Below are positions 1-13,830 of a stretch of DNA of 64,000 nt, in pieces. Origin of the DNA: Camelus ferus (Eukaryota). Location of the stretch: assembly GCF_009834535.1 (NCBI RefSeq), contig NC_045697.1, forward strand, positions 22,260,001 through 22,324,000, read 5' to 3'. Position 1 is the first letter of the stretch, and the number at the start of each line of letters is the position of its first letter. The position numbers and the translations under genes are program-made. The notes beneath the pieces were generated by a model. That model saw only the letters and a list, made by a program, of their open reading frames with translations, ran no database searches and was not told the DNA's origin.

Positions 1-135
1 CTGTCTCTCCAACTGAAATGTGAGATTCTTGAAGACAGAGATCATGTCTCGGGCATCTGTGTATCCCAGTTACTAGTGCTCCAGAAGCTTAGCACCTATT
101 AGTTGAGTTATCAGTGTTTGATGAATGAATGAATG
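1..135 (+). mobile_element. L2 (LINE2) 3' end fragment
   Basis: tgtgagattcttgaagacagagatcatgtct...gtatcccag...cttagcac...gttgatgaatgaatgaatg resembles the L2 3' terminus with its (TGAA)n tail. Confidence 0.75.
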
Positions 136-564
136 GACCACACATACTGAAAACACAGCAGCAACGAGGTGTGGATAGAGTGCCTTGCTGGCGCATACTG
201 AAGTTAGAGATAAGTAATCTACAACCATAGCGTAATGTCTCTGGATTTTATATGTAGCTTTGTTTTTTCAAAATTTTTCTCATATTGTTAAGTTGCCATC
301 CTAGAATTACAGCAGAGTTTGGTTCAATTTCTTAATGTAGATATTAAAGCATTTCAATAATGCCCTTTGTTTTAAAATTAATTCTTAACAAGTACAATAA
401 CACAGCACTAACTCACATGCTTTCCATGGGTAACAACAGAACTTAAACCTTCACAGCATAAAAATAGCAATCTTGAGTTGACACCTCATCAGGTATGCAA
501 TCTTCTGAAGAAAAATCTTACACTTTGTCTTAAATAGGAGCAGACTTGATCTTTTAAAATCTAA

Positions 565-580
565 TGTGTGTGTGTGTGTG
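565..580. repeat. (TG)8 microsatellite
   Basis: Directly visible. Confidence 0.9.
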
Positions 581-3500
581 GAGGGGGGAAGTGTTTCATG
601 GTATTTCCATCACTGAATACAGTTTCAACAGAAAATAGATGACCTCTAGCTCTATGATGTTTAAATATTATGCCTTTCACTTATTCTAATAAACTATTTT
701 TCTATGGTTTTATAGAAAGAGATGATAATTCTGCAAGTGTCTAAACTAAGTGTTAAGATTATTGCTTTATACACTAATAGAAATCTAATGGTATGTTTGT
801 GTTTCAGTCCTGAATATAACTGTCAGTTTTGGGTATAAGATGTTGGAGAAGTGCTGATTGGTGTTGGAAGGAATGTGTTCTTGTGCTAGTTGCTTATCAA
901 CCTTGGCTTAACTAAAAGTGTCCTCACTGTAGAATGATCCCAGGACCAATGTTTGGAGTTTTGGTTAAAATAAAACAGAATTCTATCTACTCTTAGTACC
1001 ATCTCAGAGGTAATAGCCTCCTCACCACTAGACAGTTGAGAACTACACAGAGGAATTCATCGTTGTTATACTGAACATCAACAAGTTATAGATTCTTGAA
1101 ATTTGCCAAATGTCTGAGGAATTTTTTTAGCTTTATGGAGAGGTGGTAGGCAATCATTGCAATGATTTCAATCCAAAGACCATTTTGCAAAGAAAAGATT
1201 GAAAAATATGTCTTTTTTTTGAGGGATATTAGAGTCCCAGTTCTCTGGTCTTTGCCCTCAAGTCACTCTTTAGGAAATAAAAGTATAATAGTGACTGGGA
1301 ATCAAAAATCATCACAAGCACGAATGATTCTGAAAAATCTCTCCACATATGCAATTATAAAAGGACCTTTGTTTCTGACACACTGTAAACTTTGTTGCGT
1401 ACGATTCACAGCTGGTGATGCCAGAGTCTGACTGCATGACTTCTCATAGGATCACTTGTGTCAGATTGAATATCAGCCTCTTCTAAGGGAAAGAAAAAAC
1501 GAAAGTAACATCATCAAACCATATCCCTTCAGAATAGAGATTTTTATAACTTTTTTTAACTGAATAATTTTTCTTTTCTTTATCCTTAACTTTTTTTTTC
1601 CTGTTAAGTAGGTAAATGTTATGTTCTGACTGCTATCTGTCCTTCAGGAGTTGAAGTCCTTTTTTTTTTTTTTTTTCTTTTCACCCAAGCTCTGATGGCT
1701 GTTTGTGAGAAATCATTTTCCAGATCCCTCTTTGCAATAGTTAATACCTTTTCTGTTGGTAATTTATGGTCTTCTTTATAGATGCTAAAAAGTGGGTATG
1801 ATTTACAAAAGCAAAAGAGAAGCTATGCACTCCCTTTCATTCTCACTCTCCCCAGTGTTCACATGTGCTCTCTGAGTCTCTTCTGCTAATCTCACTTCTA
1901 CAATTCAGCTTACCTATCACCAGGCTACTCCTCTGAAAACAGGAGTCTCAAAGCCACCCAGCCCCACATTCAAAGTTCTCCACCCACTGGTCCCACCCCC
2001 AATTCTAATCCCATTACTTAGTCATTCAGACTTTCTTGACCTAATTTTCCAAACTTTATATCCTGTCCTCCAAACATAACTGAATTTTCTCGTGTTGCCA
2101 TGCATTTGTTCCTGCTCTTTCCTCAACCAGTGTCATCCTCATGACGCCACTAACTGTGTTCCTTTTCACATGTCAGAGCTCAGCGATCTTAATCTTTGGG
2201 TGAGCCTTCCCTGCTCTTCTCCTCTCACTGTGCTGTCCTTTTACTGTGCCTTAATGAGTCTGTTGACAGTCACTTGCTGTTTGTCACCTCCAAACTGCTA
2301 TTGTCCCATATCCTGTCAAGCAGGCATGCTCTGTCCCTACAAAATTTTACTCTCTAGGAGTTAGTAGATACATTTTATAATTCTTTTGGTTTCTGCATGC
2401 CACTAAGCAAAATATATTTTAAAAATAAGTTACTCAGTGAAGATTTACAGGTTATTTGAAATTCCTTTCAGCAGTAATGATAATGAAAATACTCACCTGG
2501 AACAGGTAAAACACTTGGACCCTAGAAAAACTTTTGATGCAATCATCAAAGCAGAATTTCCTGAGAGTAACATGTAAAATCAAAACAACCACAGCATATT
2601 TAACATCTGTAAGATGGACTGAAGATTATTGACATGGCCAAGATAATATGTCCCAAAAGGGTTGATGATTATTAATCTTACAGCTGGAGTTACAACAAAC
2701 CAGATGATACAAACTGACCTCTTTCGGAGGGTAGGAATTTGCAAGAGGGAAAGAAACAACTCTAGTTTAAACCACACCAACTTTGGAAGGAGCTGCCTTG
2801 TGTTATTATCTCGGTCCAGTGCTTCTAACATATTTTAAAATTCTTTTAGCATCTACATTCTGTATAAGCAAATAAGGAACTGAAAAATTTAGCTTGATTG
2901 ACTTAAAGGAAGTAATCTGCATGCCATTAGATCAGTGAGACTAGATTCTAGTTCCTCCTCATGACGCCATTGTATGGGAAAGGCAGAATGGTTAAAAGTG
3001 CCAGATGGGTGCACCTGGTCTGATATGTCCTCAGTGGCTTTTTGTTGATTCTAATTAGGCTAACTTATCTGCAGTTTTCTTTTTAGAACGGCAGTGTATT
3101 TGAATTTTTTCCCTATAATGTTTGTTATTTAATGTTTTGCTCTGTTTTTTAACATGGAGTTTAGGGTATTTATCAAATGTTTGTATCAACCTGCCATAAT
3201 TGTAGTTCCATCCCATTTCATGTTATTTTCTAACTGCTGTCAAGGTCTTATTTTGGCTTTCTTTCTTACTATTACTGTATGGCATTATTAATACATGTTT
3301 TGGCCCTAGACATTATAGGAACGTCTGAATAGCAAAGCACTTATGTTTCACGGTAGCCAGTATGGATTTGACATGGAAACGCACTTGTTTTTAACTTTAC
3401 AAAGACCTTTGCTCCTTTTTTCCTTAACTGATATTTTTATTTCTTCCTTTATGTGATTCATCTTTCAGTGAAATATGTTTTTATACCTTCCTTCCACCAA

Positions 3501-6500
3501 AATGAAAAAGGGTTGTCTATGTTTTAAGAGATTATATTTTTAAGTTTATAAAGCATTTTCTTTGTTAAATTTTTAAATTCCAGAGAAATTTAGTAGATCT
3601 TAATTGGCATAATAAAGTTTAATATTTACAAATACTAATTTTTAAGGTCTTTCATACACTAACTGAATATAATGGGGTCTACAAAAACTTTGGGTGATAA
3701 TAAGCTTTTAAAAACCTAATACTGAAATTCAATGGCTTTAGGTAGTAGCAAACTTTTAAAACCTCAAATGACAACTATTTCATTCACCTCAGTACACACC
3801 TAGCATCACAGTAGGTTCTTGAGTTGAGCCTTATAATATAAAAATGTCATAAAAAATAATAAGTACCTTAAGTACTCTGGCAGGAGACACCTCTTAATCT
3901 TTGTTAAAGAGGAAACACTAGGTCAATGAGCGACACAGCATTATAATATGCAAATTTTATGACTAATTCAGTTGTAGTTGGTGATGTTTTCCCTCTGTGG
4001 CTAAGGCATCCCAGAAGTGGATAAAGCAACTAATGAGAGAGGTGTGTGTTTAATCAGTTAATCACAAATTTCACATAATTTTTAAGGTACCTGAATAAAG
4101 AGAACATCCAAGGCTTTGTATCTTGTTTTTAAAGGGATGTTAGATTTTCACTTAATTGTTAATGTTATTAATCACTAGGGCCCTAATTGGAAACATTTAC
4201 CCACCTGGAACATAGCTGAATTCGAGGGTAAAAGGAGAAATATATTCTATGCAAACAGATTCCAGATACCATGCTCATCTTTATAAACATCGGGTGTTTA
4301 TATATTCTCTCTATGACATTTTCTTAAGTTTTCATCCATTAATCAAACATCCAAATGAGACAAATTTTATATATATGTATGATTATCAGTGAGTATTTCA
4401 GTTTCCTTTTTTACATATTAAGAATTGGCTTATTTTTAGAAAATGTCACTGTTTAGGAAAAATGTAACTTAATAATAAATTTGATATTTGGTTAAGTCCA
4501 TTCATAATGGCACACCCAAATGTGCTTTATTTAAAATATTGGTAAACGTGAGACTTTTTCTCTCTTACTGTCTGGTTTTGCCAACAAAAACATTTTGATT
4601 TTCGTAAGTAAAAAAGGTTAGGCATATTATCTTGCTCCCCCGCACCTACCAGAAATTGACACTATTTTTCTGATTCTAGTGAAATAGTCATCTCATCTCC
4701 AGTTTTCTTTTAAACAAAATCGTCATGGAAAGTAGGAAAATGAGAGCTCAGTCCTAAAGCACAGTCTGTTAAATAGAACAAACATGATCACTTTTAACAG
4801 TAGTGATTCAGAGAGAACAACCCAGGCATTCAGGAATTAATTATCTGAATTTCTACACATAAACATATATTAGCTTCTCCTTACTGGTGATTAGAGAAGA
4901 AAAAAAAAAACTTTATATCTGTGAACAAATTGGACTCCAGTGATACACCTGATAATGAAGATCACATGCCAGTTTGCACTATAGGAATCTAATTCGGTCA
5001 CTGAACTCAACTGCCAAAGTAACCATACACTCTATGAAAGTGGACAAGGGCATTGATTAAAAAAAAAATGCATCATTTAAAATTCTTACTTGATTTTTAA
5101 AAATTCTTATCTGGAAAAGTCACATTTGTAAATATATATATTTATTCATAAATGTATATACATATACTAAATGCCTTAAGACAGCATAACAGAAGTTCAA
5201 AAAGAGAAATCTTTTACTAGATACTTATAGGAAATTCTTAGGATTTAAATTTCTAAGTTGAAGTGAACTTTAGCAACTGAAAGCAATGAGATTCTGAACC
5301 AGAATCTGATATGAAACAAGAATTTGCAGCATTGAAATATTTTTATTTAGGAGCACTAGGGGAAATTTTGGCTTGCTACAACATGCACACACACATGCAC
5401 ACAGACACAGAAAATAAAGACAAAAGCAAAAAAATTCCGTCTGTTAATTCCAAGTCAGACATATATCTGTGCTAAGGAATCACGTGATACACATTTTCAC
5501 TTAAAAGGCTATTACAATATTCTTTCTTTTAATCCATTCTGTTTAATAGAGTATTCCCAAATAGTCATCTTTTTTGGAATTCATCTTAAATATTGTTGAT
5601 AGTTGTGTAAGCATTGATTGATTTATTAAATATTCATTTATATCTATCAAAGCAAATTTTAACCCAAAATGTATAAACCTAGCAAATAGTAATCATTTAG
5701 TTAGGCAGAGTGCATTTACCTGATTTGTAAATGATATATATGACATTTTGTTATAAAGAAGATTTTCTAAATTTCTATTAGTTTTATTTTAAAAAGATTC
5801 CTCAGGACAATAAATCTAATTTGACAGGTGATTTAATTAAGGAGGTAAAAGGCCCTCTTACAATCTAGGTAATATTTTTGGAAATTACTGAATGAAAAAG
5901 TTAATTGCCTGGCAGCCTTTCACACCAACTGTGCTGGCAATCTAGTGGCAAACCTAATAACTAGTCTCTCATACAGACAAATAGGCTTCAGATAATGAGA
6001 GAGTCTTTGAGTAGGGGATTCTAGACAGTTATTCAAAAGTGGAACAATAGAAGAAGCAGAGCCAAGTTGAAGAATCCACAGAGGCAGTGATGCACAGAAT
6101 TGTGAAGCTATTTACAGGCTGACACTCACTGCCACATATAACTGACAGCAGGCCTAAAACCTAGCATTCCATTTTCATTGGGGCAAAAACACAGGCCAAG
6201 TTCAAGACTCAGTAGACCTTGAAGAAACTTTTCCCCTTAAACAGAGAAGCCCGACGATTCACAAACATTTCAAGTTTCTTTCTTAGAATTTACTTTGGAA
6301 AGTGGATGCTTGTCTTGACTTTATATAACACATCACTGTTCCTGAAAATCATGCTTCAATCTGCTTGCTTTAAGTTTTGTTTTCCAAGTCTATGGTTATG
6401 TATATGTGAGATAACTTGAAAGAACAACCAATTATGAAGCAATCTTCATTCTGAGAAGAAATATTCCTTCAGTCCTTGATGACAATTACTAGCTATGACT

Positions 6501-7069
6501 TTCATAAATTCTTAAATAATTTAAATAATATGAATAAAAACAATTTTGTACCCAATACCATTTCTAACATTACAGAATTTATTAATTTCTAAAATCATTT
6601 TGAATACAGTCCTTCAGCTTGATTTTGACACTTTAAGAACATGATAGTAAAATTGTACAAATTGAGAATACTCGTCATATTTATTCATAATGTTCATTAT
6701 AATTTACATAAATATTTTTTCTTCTAATGATTAAGTGCCATGCTATTTAAATGTTCTTTGATTTGCCTCCAAAATGATATAAATTAAATAGTTTTGAATG
6801 TATAGCAAAATAATATACTCCTCAGCTTGAGTTAAATAGATGTACATTGTCATTTTCACAACATTCTAGGGTAAAAATAATTTATAGTTAGGACAAGGTA
6901 GTTGAATTAAATATCTCTGTGTTCAATTTTATGCTTCTAATAACCCAAAGAAACTAGAATCAAGAAAATACCGTCTTATTAATTATATTCTTTGTATTGC
7001 CAAAGATTTCTATAACTGAAATGTTCTGCATATTTACTATATTGTTTTCCTACATGTATGAAATACCGA

Positions 7070-7200
7070 GCTGAAAATAACCTTAGAGATCATCTACCCT
7101 AGTTTCCTTCTACAAATCGAAGAGACTGAGCTACAGTGAGGCAAAATGGCTTAGAAAACTACACAATTATCCAGGCATAATAAAAGCTAGAATCAGCCTG
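7070..7200 (-). mobile_element. MIR/MIR3 SINE fragment
   Basis: ccttagagatcatctac...tacaaatcgaagagactgag...aaatggcttag is the decayed antisense MIR core pattern. Confidence 0.5.
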
Positions 7201-8059
7201 CCTTTCTGAGGTTATAACATCACATGTATCTGGTCAGGCGTATCAGACCCCCCCCCAAAAAAAACTGGACAGATTGAGTTGATTTCCATTAAAAAGTGCC
7301 TTTATCTTTACATACAAGTTTATACTAGTTTGGCTAAATCCTCTAAAGAATAAATCTGCTGCATTTGATAGTAAGCTCATTTCCCTTTGCTCATATATAC
7401 AGATAAAATAGAGACATTCTGTGGATATGTGGTCCCCAATCTTGGCTTTGGGACTAGATATCTTTCTATGATAATGAATTACTCCCCTTAATGTTTAAAT
7501 AACTAAGAGCCCACCCAGAAAGACTTAATTTATTTGAGGTCACTTAATTATATTTTTGCTAGCATTTAATTTTCAAAACAAACAAAGAACACCCCAAAAC
7601 CTCCTATTTCTTGCATCTCCAGAGAGCTCCCAGTACCATTAGATTCTTAAATGGTTTTGTCTTGTGTATTGCCATATTGGTTGGATGGCCCTTAGTGGCC
7701 AAACATTTAATTAAAGCCCCTTGAGGGGATAGATTTTATTATTTATTATTGGACATCTGCCAAAGCTTGTTTTACCAAGTCTTTGCCATCTACTTAGGCT
7801 ACTTCTGTGTATATTTTTAATACTGTCCATATACCTTAAGTTTTAAATACTCCCCAAGAGCAATCATTTCCTACCACCTCCAAAGTCTAGAAATATTGTT
7901 TCAGTATATTTGAAGGTTAGTGTGTAATTTCTTCTTGTAATCTGACAGCTTTTTTAAATTAGTGACTTTTCATTATATTTTCCTTAGAAGAATGAGAACC
8001 CTTTGCCATGTGGATGAAATCATTGATGTAGTTAGCTTACATAATGTATCAATACTGAT

Positions 8060-8290
8060 AATAACTATCGTTTATTAAATGCCAGTTTTTCAAAATTCTC
8101 TGTAGTAAGCATGGCACACACATTCTTTTGGTTAAATATCATTACAAATTTAGGGAAATTTTTCATTATTCTCAAGAAAATAAGACGCAGGCTGTTAAGT
8201 AACTTGTGCAAGTTTATTTCACTTGTAAGAGGGAATCTTGATTTGTGTCCAGATCTCTCGGAGCCACGTTGTAACCATTTCACGGTACAA
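8060..8290 (-). mobile_element. MIR SINE
   Basis: ataataactatcgtttattaaatgcc...gttaagtaacttgtgcaagttt resembles antisense MIR (tail plus core). Confidence 0.6.
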
Positions 8291-10374
8291 TCTTCTCTTT
8301 GAAAGAACGTGCCTTTGCTGTTTACTGACTTCTCTTTATTATCATATTGGTTTCTATGGAGTATAAAATTCTAGAACATAATAATTGTATAGTTTCTAAG
8401 AAAGCTTTAAATAACAGTTTCAGTGTTTTCTTGAAAGTCTGTTTTGTGCGTTCATTCATGGTATTCCCCTGGACTGAGTATTTGTGATTTTATTTTATGA
8501 TCTATTTTAGCATGAGCAACCAGGGGATAACTGGTACATTAGGTTTCTTGTCCCAACACTGCATGGGGTCATGAAATCTTTTGTTTATTTGGTTTGTCTT
8601 TTTTAAAGTCATGTGACGTATATGGCCTTCGCAGAGTGATAATCCAAAGATTATAATTTTAATTTTTTTCTAGAGTTAAGCTTTAGTTTTTCTAACAGAT
8701 CCTTTTGTTTTGTTCCTGAGACTGTAATTGTTAGAAAATATAAAATTGCATTTGTTTTCCTTCATTATAGAATTTATATAGATTGTTTCAAAGAAAAACT
8801 GTCTCCCCCTACTTAGTGTCCTGCTTTTACAGTCAAAAGATACCTTGAGGCCAGAAAGAGAAAAAAGCATATTTGAACAAAACAAACTTAAAACAATTTT
8901 AAACTCAGTGTTACAAAATCAGTTTTTTTCTTTTTTTTTTTCTGATGTAATTGCATCCCCTGTAATAGTCAAAGCATGCACATTGAAAGTGAACGTTTTT
9001 ACTGATTTTTTTAATTGATTGCTGCTTTGACTGAGCTGACCTTTGTTTTAAATCAGAATTGATTGACCAATTGAGTCAACATGGTTAAATTGGTTGTGCA
9101 TATATACAGAGATTTTGTTTATTGAATTTGGGATATGCTGAGTAACATAATTTCCCTCTGCTTCTCTTCTGCTCCAGGAAACACTCTGCTTTATGATTGC
9201 ATTTAATAATGTGTCAGAAAGCAAATGGAAATAGAACCGTACACAAGGGAGAGTAACAGTGGATTCAGCAACTGTTCAAATCCAAAGAAACAATCTTTAC
9301 AAATTGTTTCAGATTCACATAGTTTGTGTATTACACTTATGTGTTATATTAAAGATGGTATCTGAAATTTGGCTTCTGCAAAGTTATCAGAACCAAAGCC
9401 ATTGGCAGTATGATAACCATCTATTTTAACTGTATAATTTCCAACATTAAAAAAAACTGGAGTGTATCCTAGAACAATGGGATAAATCTGAATGCACTAA
9501 GGATATTGCATTCTATCCCTGTGTTTCCAAGTCAAATTTTTATTGCTGCAACAGGGTAGCATTGTGTGCAAAAGACATGAAATAAGACATAAAAGAACCA
9601 GCATAGATTCTAAGATCTTGGTGAAGGATGCTTCTAAAAATAATAGTTTTCTTGTTCTTTTAAAATATCTCATTTCCTTTATTTTGTCCTGGGTTTTATC
9701 ATTTGGACATCAGAAACAGGTCTGAAACTCAAAAATTAATAATCAGAAGAATATGAGAGCCAGCTTTCAGAGTTCTAAAGGTAGCCTGCTTCTCAGTGCC
9801 AAAATTACAACTGATTTCATAAATTTAGTTCTCATGTTATGAACTGTAGTGCCAATGAAAATCAATAAAAACAATTTCCTTCTACATTCATGATCCTCTC
9901 ATCACACTCTTTCTTCATATCCTTTCCAGAGCCATTTTGTCAAAACGCCATAGGGCCATACAAAATGTAATTTTGTGTTTCAGTGTGTCTGTCCCATGAA
10001 ACCTGATTTTTTCATGTGCACTTTTGATTGGTACGAAGTGCAACAGGGGCTTTAAGCAAAATACAAATTTCATGTGTTCATAGTTTTAAAAATATTGAAG
10101 GTGGCAGGCAGTTTTGTTGTTATTCTTTGCATAAAATTTGCGGCTATGTATGATTTGTGTACTGGGTGTAGTCTATTCACATAGAGAGCATGTATGTGTG
10201 TATAATGATATGTAGGTATAATGTAATATATTTGCTGAGTTAACCTGTATTCAATCGCTGAAAAGATACTGAGAGAATAAAGATTAAAATGCAATTCTAA
10301 AAGGAAAGACTTTGGTAAGCCCACAAATCTTAATATAGCTGAAAATTCAGATACCTTCAGAGAGATAGACTATT

Positions 10375-10560
10375 ATTCATTCGTTCATTCTCTTATTAAT
10401 TCATGTATTCATTTCTTCAAAGCATTTAGCAGAGCTGTGGGCCATGTGGATTGCTGTAACAGCAGGGAAAATACATGTATAAATTTTCTTTCAAAAAACA
10501 TCCAGATATTGAGAAGATAATATAATTTTTATGCAAGCAAGTACACAATACATCATTTCT
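10375..10560 (-). mobile_element. L2 fragment
   Basis: Starts with an (ATTC)n-like tail then aagcatttagcagagc, typical of an antisense L2 3' end. Confidence 0.45.
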
Positions 10561-10999
10561 AATGCCAACTGATCATACCATTTGATTTATGCAGTTCACC
10601 TACATTTAATTCTTAGGAATTGGTTCCTCAAAATAACTCACAAAGATTTTGCAAGGATTGAATATACTACTACGCATACAGTGTTTAATTTAGGGCCTGA
10701 CTCATTGTCAGACCCAATAAACGACAGTAGTTATTATCATTATTATTATTTTTCCAAAGCTATCCAAATGAAATATGTATTATTTTTTTTTTCCATTTCA
10801 CAGTTGAGCACACTGATTCTCAGGTTAAGTAACTTTTAAAAGAGATGGCACAAATGAAATGGTAGTTCTTGCAGTCAAAGCAATGGATAACTGATTTCAA
10901 AGAATGCTGTTATCTCTTTTCTGACAAGGGGATAGATATTCAAAGTAGTATGTTCATTATTTAAATTGCCTGTCCCACTCTATAGAATGTAATGTTACC

Positions 11000-11200
11000 T
11001 AATATTTAATGAGCACATATGCATTAGACATTCAGCTAAGTGATTCTTGCATCTGATCTCTTCTGTGTATTATAACATCTCAATAAGCGTAGGTTTTCTG
11101 TAAATGTCAATAGTTTATGGATGAAGAAACTGAGGTCAAGAGAAGTCAAATAGCTGGTAGTCACTGGAGAAGAGATTCAACCCAGTTCCAGCCAGTTTTG
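11000..11200 (-). mobile_element. MIR SINE
   Basis: aatatttaatgagcac...ggatgaagaaactgaggtcaagagaagtcaaatagct...agattcaacccag is an antisense MIR core. Confidence 0.7.
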
Positions 11201-11419
11201 AGCTGGATGTTGCACTGGCACAAAGTCTATACAAATGTGTTGACATCTCAAGACGATTTAAATGTTTAGGGTTGATTTTACACAACTATTACAACACACC
11301 ATATACCAGAAAGCAGATTCTGAGACCTGATATTATGTTTGGGGCCATGTAATAATCATCAGTAGAGTTTCCAAAATGCAAAATTAGAATGTTAGGTCCG
11401 AACTCCTGGGGGCGGGGGA

Positions 11420-11657
11420 ACAGCAGCCCTTGGCCTTCCTTGCTGCATTGCTTCCATCTCTGTCCTCACACGATGTCCATCCTGTGTGTCTGTCTTCACA
11501 TTGCATTCTCTGTTCTTACAAGAATACCAGTCATATTGGGTTACAGGTCCACCCTACTCCAGTGTGACCACATCTCAACTTGATTGCATTTGCAAGGACT
11601 CGATTTCAGAATAAGTTCACATTCTGTAAGGGGACGGTAGTTAGGACTTCAGTATAT
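11420..11657 (-). mobile_element. MaLR LTR fragment (MLT1B/C-like)
   Basis: cttacaagaataccagtcatattgggtta...ccaccctactccagtgtgacc...gttaggacttcagtatatc matches antisense MLT1 motifs; it is cut at its end by the L1 below. Confidence 0.75.
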
Positions 11658-11658
11658 C

Positions 11659-12329
11659 TTTTTTTTTTTTTAATTGAAGTATAGTCAGTTTACAATGTGT
11701 TAGTTTCTGGTGTACAGTATAGAGACTCAGTTACAAATATATACATATATACACATATATTCCTTTGCATATTCTTTTTCATTATAGGCTATTACAAGGT
11801 ATTGAATATAGTTCCTTGTGCTATACAGTAGGGCCTTGCTTTTTATCTATTTTACATACAGTAGTTACTATCTGCAAATCCCCAACTCCCGATTTATCCC
11901 TCCACCACCTCCTTTCCCTGCTGGTAACCACAATTTTGTTTTCTACATCTATGAGTCTGTTTTGTAAATAAGTTCATCTGTGTCACTTTTTTAGATTCCA
12001 CATATAAGTGATATCATGTAGTATTTTTCTTCCTTTTTCTGGCTTGCTTCACTTAGTATGACAATTTTCAGGTCCACCCATGTTGCTGAAAATGGCATTA
12101 TTCTTTTTTATGGATGAGTAATATTCCATTGTGTGTGTGATATCTTCTTTATCCAATCTTCTGTCAATAGACATTTAAGTTGCTTCCATGATTTGGCTAT
12201 TGTAAATAGTGCTGCTATGAACTTTGGGGTGCATGTATCTTTTTGAATTAGAGTTTCCTCTGGGTATATGCTCAGGAGTGAGATTGCTGGATCATAAGAT
12301 AAGCCTATTTTCAGTTTTTTGCAGAATCT
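11659..12329 (-). mobile_element. 5'-truncated LINE-1 (artiodactyl/camelid-type 3' UTR plus end of ORF2)
   Basis: Poly-T tail then aattgaagtatagtcagtttacaatg..., and ttgcttccatgatttggctattgtaaatagtgctgctatgaac...ggagtgagattgctggatca. Imperfect TSD gacttcagtatat (11645-11657) / gacttagtatat (12330-12341). Confidence 0.9.
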
Positions 12330-12413
12330 GACTTAGTATATTGTGAACAACTTACATTGTCATTAATGAAGATAATTACTTTTTGATTACAGTTCTCAAG
12401 TTGACTTCATTTG

Positions 12414-12580
12414 ATTTTTTGTTGTTTGTTTTTTTTTTTTTTGTTTGTTTGGGGCTGGGGGTAATTAGGCTTATTTATTTACTTTTTTATTTAGTTTTTA
12501 AAAATGGAGATACTGGGGATTGAACCCAGTCCCCTGTGCATGCTAAGCATGTACTCTACCCCTGAGCTGTACCCTCCCCC
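12414..12580 (-). mobile_element. Vic-1-type tRNA-derived SINE (camelid)
   Basis: Reverse complement reads GGGGAGGGTACAGCTCAGGGGTAGAGTACATGCTTAGCATGCACAGGGGACTGGGTTCAATCCCCAGTATCTCC, with Pol III A and B boxes, then an AT-rich linker, CCTAATTACCCCC and an A-rich tail. TSD gacttcatttgatttt (12403-12418) / gacttactttgatttt (12582-12597). Confidence 0.88.
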
Positions 12581-13692
12581 GGACTTACTTTGATTTTGAA
12601 CATGGCAAAGATCTTTAATTTAGAATCCCATTTGTCAAATAGTATGGTAATGTAGTTTATCGTCCTCCTGGTGCTTTTGCAAGGAAGCAAGACCCCCCAA
12701 CTCGACTGGAGGGATGCTGTGTAAACCAGGTATGTTATTATTTTCCTCTGGCAATGCCGGGACCCCAGACATTTGACTTGTTCTCATCCTCTCCCCCGCA
12801 TATCAGCAATAAATATAAGATCCATGTGGCAGCTTCTGCCTAGTGTACTTGGCAGTGAGTCATCGAAACAAGCAGGAGAGCAATTCTTGGTGAGGTGGAA
12901 TGAGCAGCACTTTAATAGCAGTGCTTAGTGGGAAGGCTGTCTGAGAGGCAGAAAAGAGATTTTAAATTAAATGGACTTTACAGAAAATTGTCTTCACTTT
13001 GTGGTTTGGAGTCAGGGTTGCAATTTTCAACTTTCTTTTCCCTCACTTACCTGTTGCTAAGAGATCACATTCAAGGTAAAATTAATGCTTCTCCAATTAC
13101 AAAGCATGTAGTCAGCAGTGGAAGAGGAAATAAAGCAGGCAGTCCATGTACTGGTGAGGACTTCAGAAAAATATGTGGCATTAGAGAGAATCTTGCATAC
13201 AGTAGGCGTTTAACACATGATTATTAAATCGATCAGCGGGTACTGGGCAGAAAGAGTTCAGGATCTGTCATTGTGACTGTATGCTTTTTGCCTTATCTTC
13301 TTTGTTTTTTCTTTCTTCAGCTTTTTAACTTAAGAAAATTGAAAAGTGTTCTGTCAAGCTGGAGTTGACAGTCATTATTACCCAGTAGGGTTTATCAGAA
13401 TATTAACAGAAATCTCCTATGGTTCTGGAAACTGTTGGAACTAGGGGAAAAAATACTTTACAGCAGGACACTTTTAAGGGTCTAATACAATTTCAGGGTT
13501 AAAAACTGAGTTCCGCTGGTAATAGAGGGGAAACTGGGAGATAAATGATCCAGGGTGATTACATCTTAGACTTAGTAGTGCTACGTTTTCCCTGAAGCGT
13601 TCTTGGAAGTTGGTATCTCGTGAGCGTTTCTTGTGGCCTCAGAAACATCACCCTGACCAATCAATGATCACCATCCAGTTCCCTATCAGCCA

Positions 13693-13830
13693 CTTCATTC
13701 ATTCAGCAAATATCCCCACCTAATTCCAGTTAGGCTTCACTTGAGTTCCAGTGCCATTACAGTGCAGCGTAAGAAGGGGCTATTTTTTCTTAAGATTCAC
13801 TATCTAATTTAGGAGATAATACCTGCAAAT
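13693..13830 (-). mobile_element. L2 fragment
   Basis: ttcattcattcagcaaatat...ttcactatctaatttaggagata resembles an antisense L2 3' end. Confidence 0.45.

Noticed and set aside
1400..1430. miR-138-like word (agctggtg)
   Set aside because: Only the first 8 nt match and there is no evident precursor hairpin.
5936..5952. CTCF-like motif (also near 14962 and 47095)
   Set aside because: Each has mismatches at key consensus positions; not supportable without a PWM scan or ChIP data.
12500..12580. tRNA gene on the minus strand
   Set aside because: The tRNA-like head is followed by a SINE body, A-rich tail and TSD, so it is a SINE.
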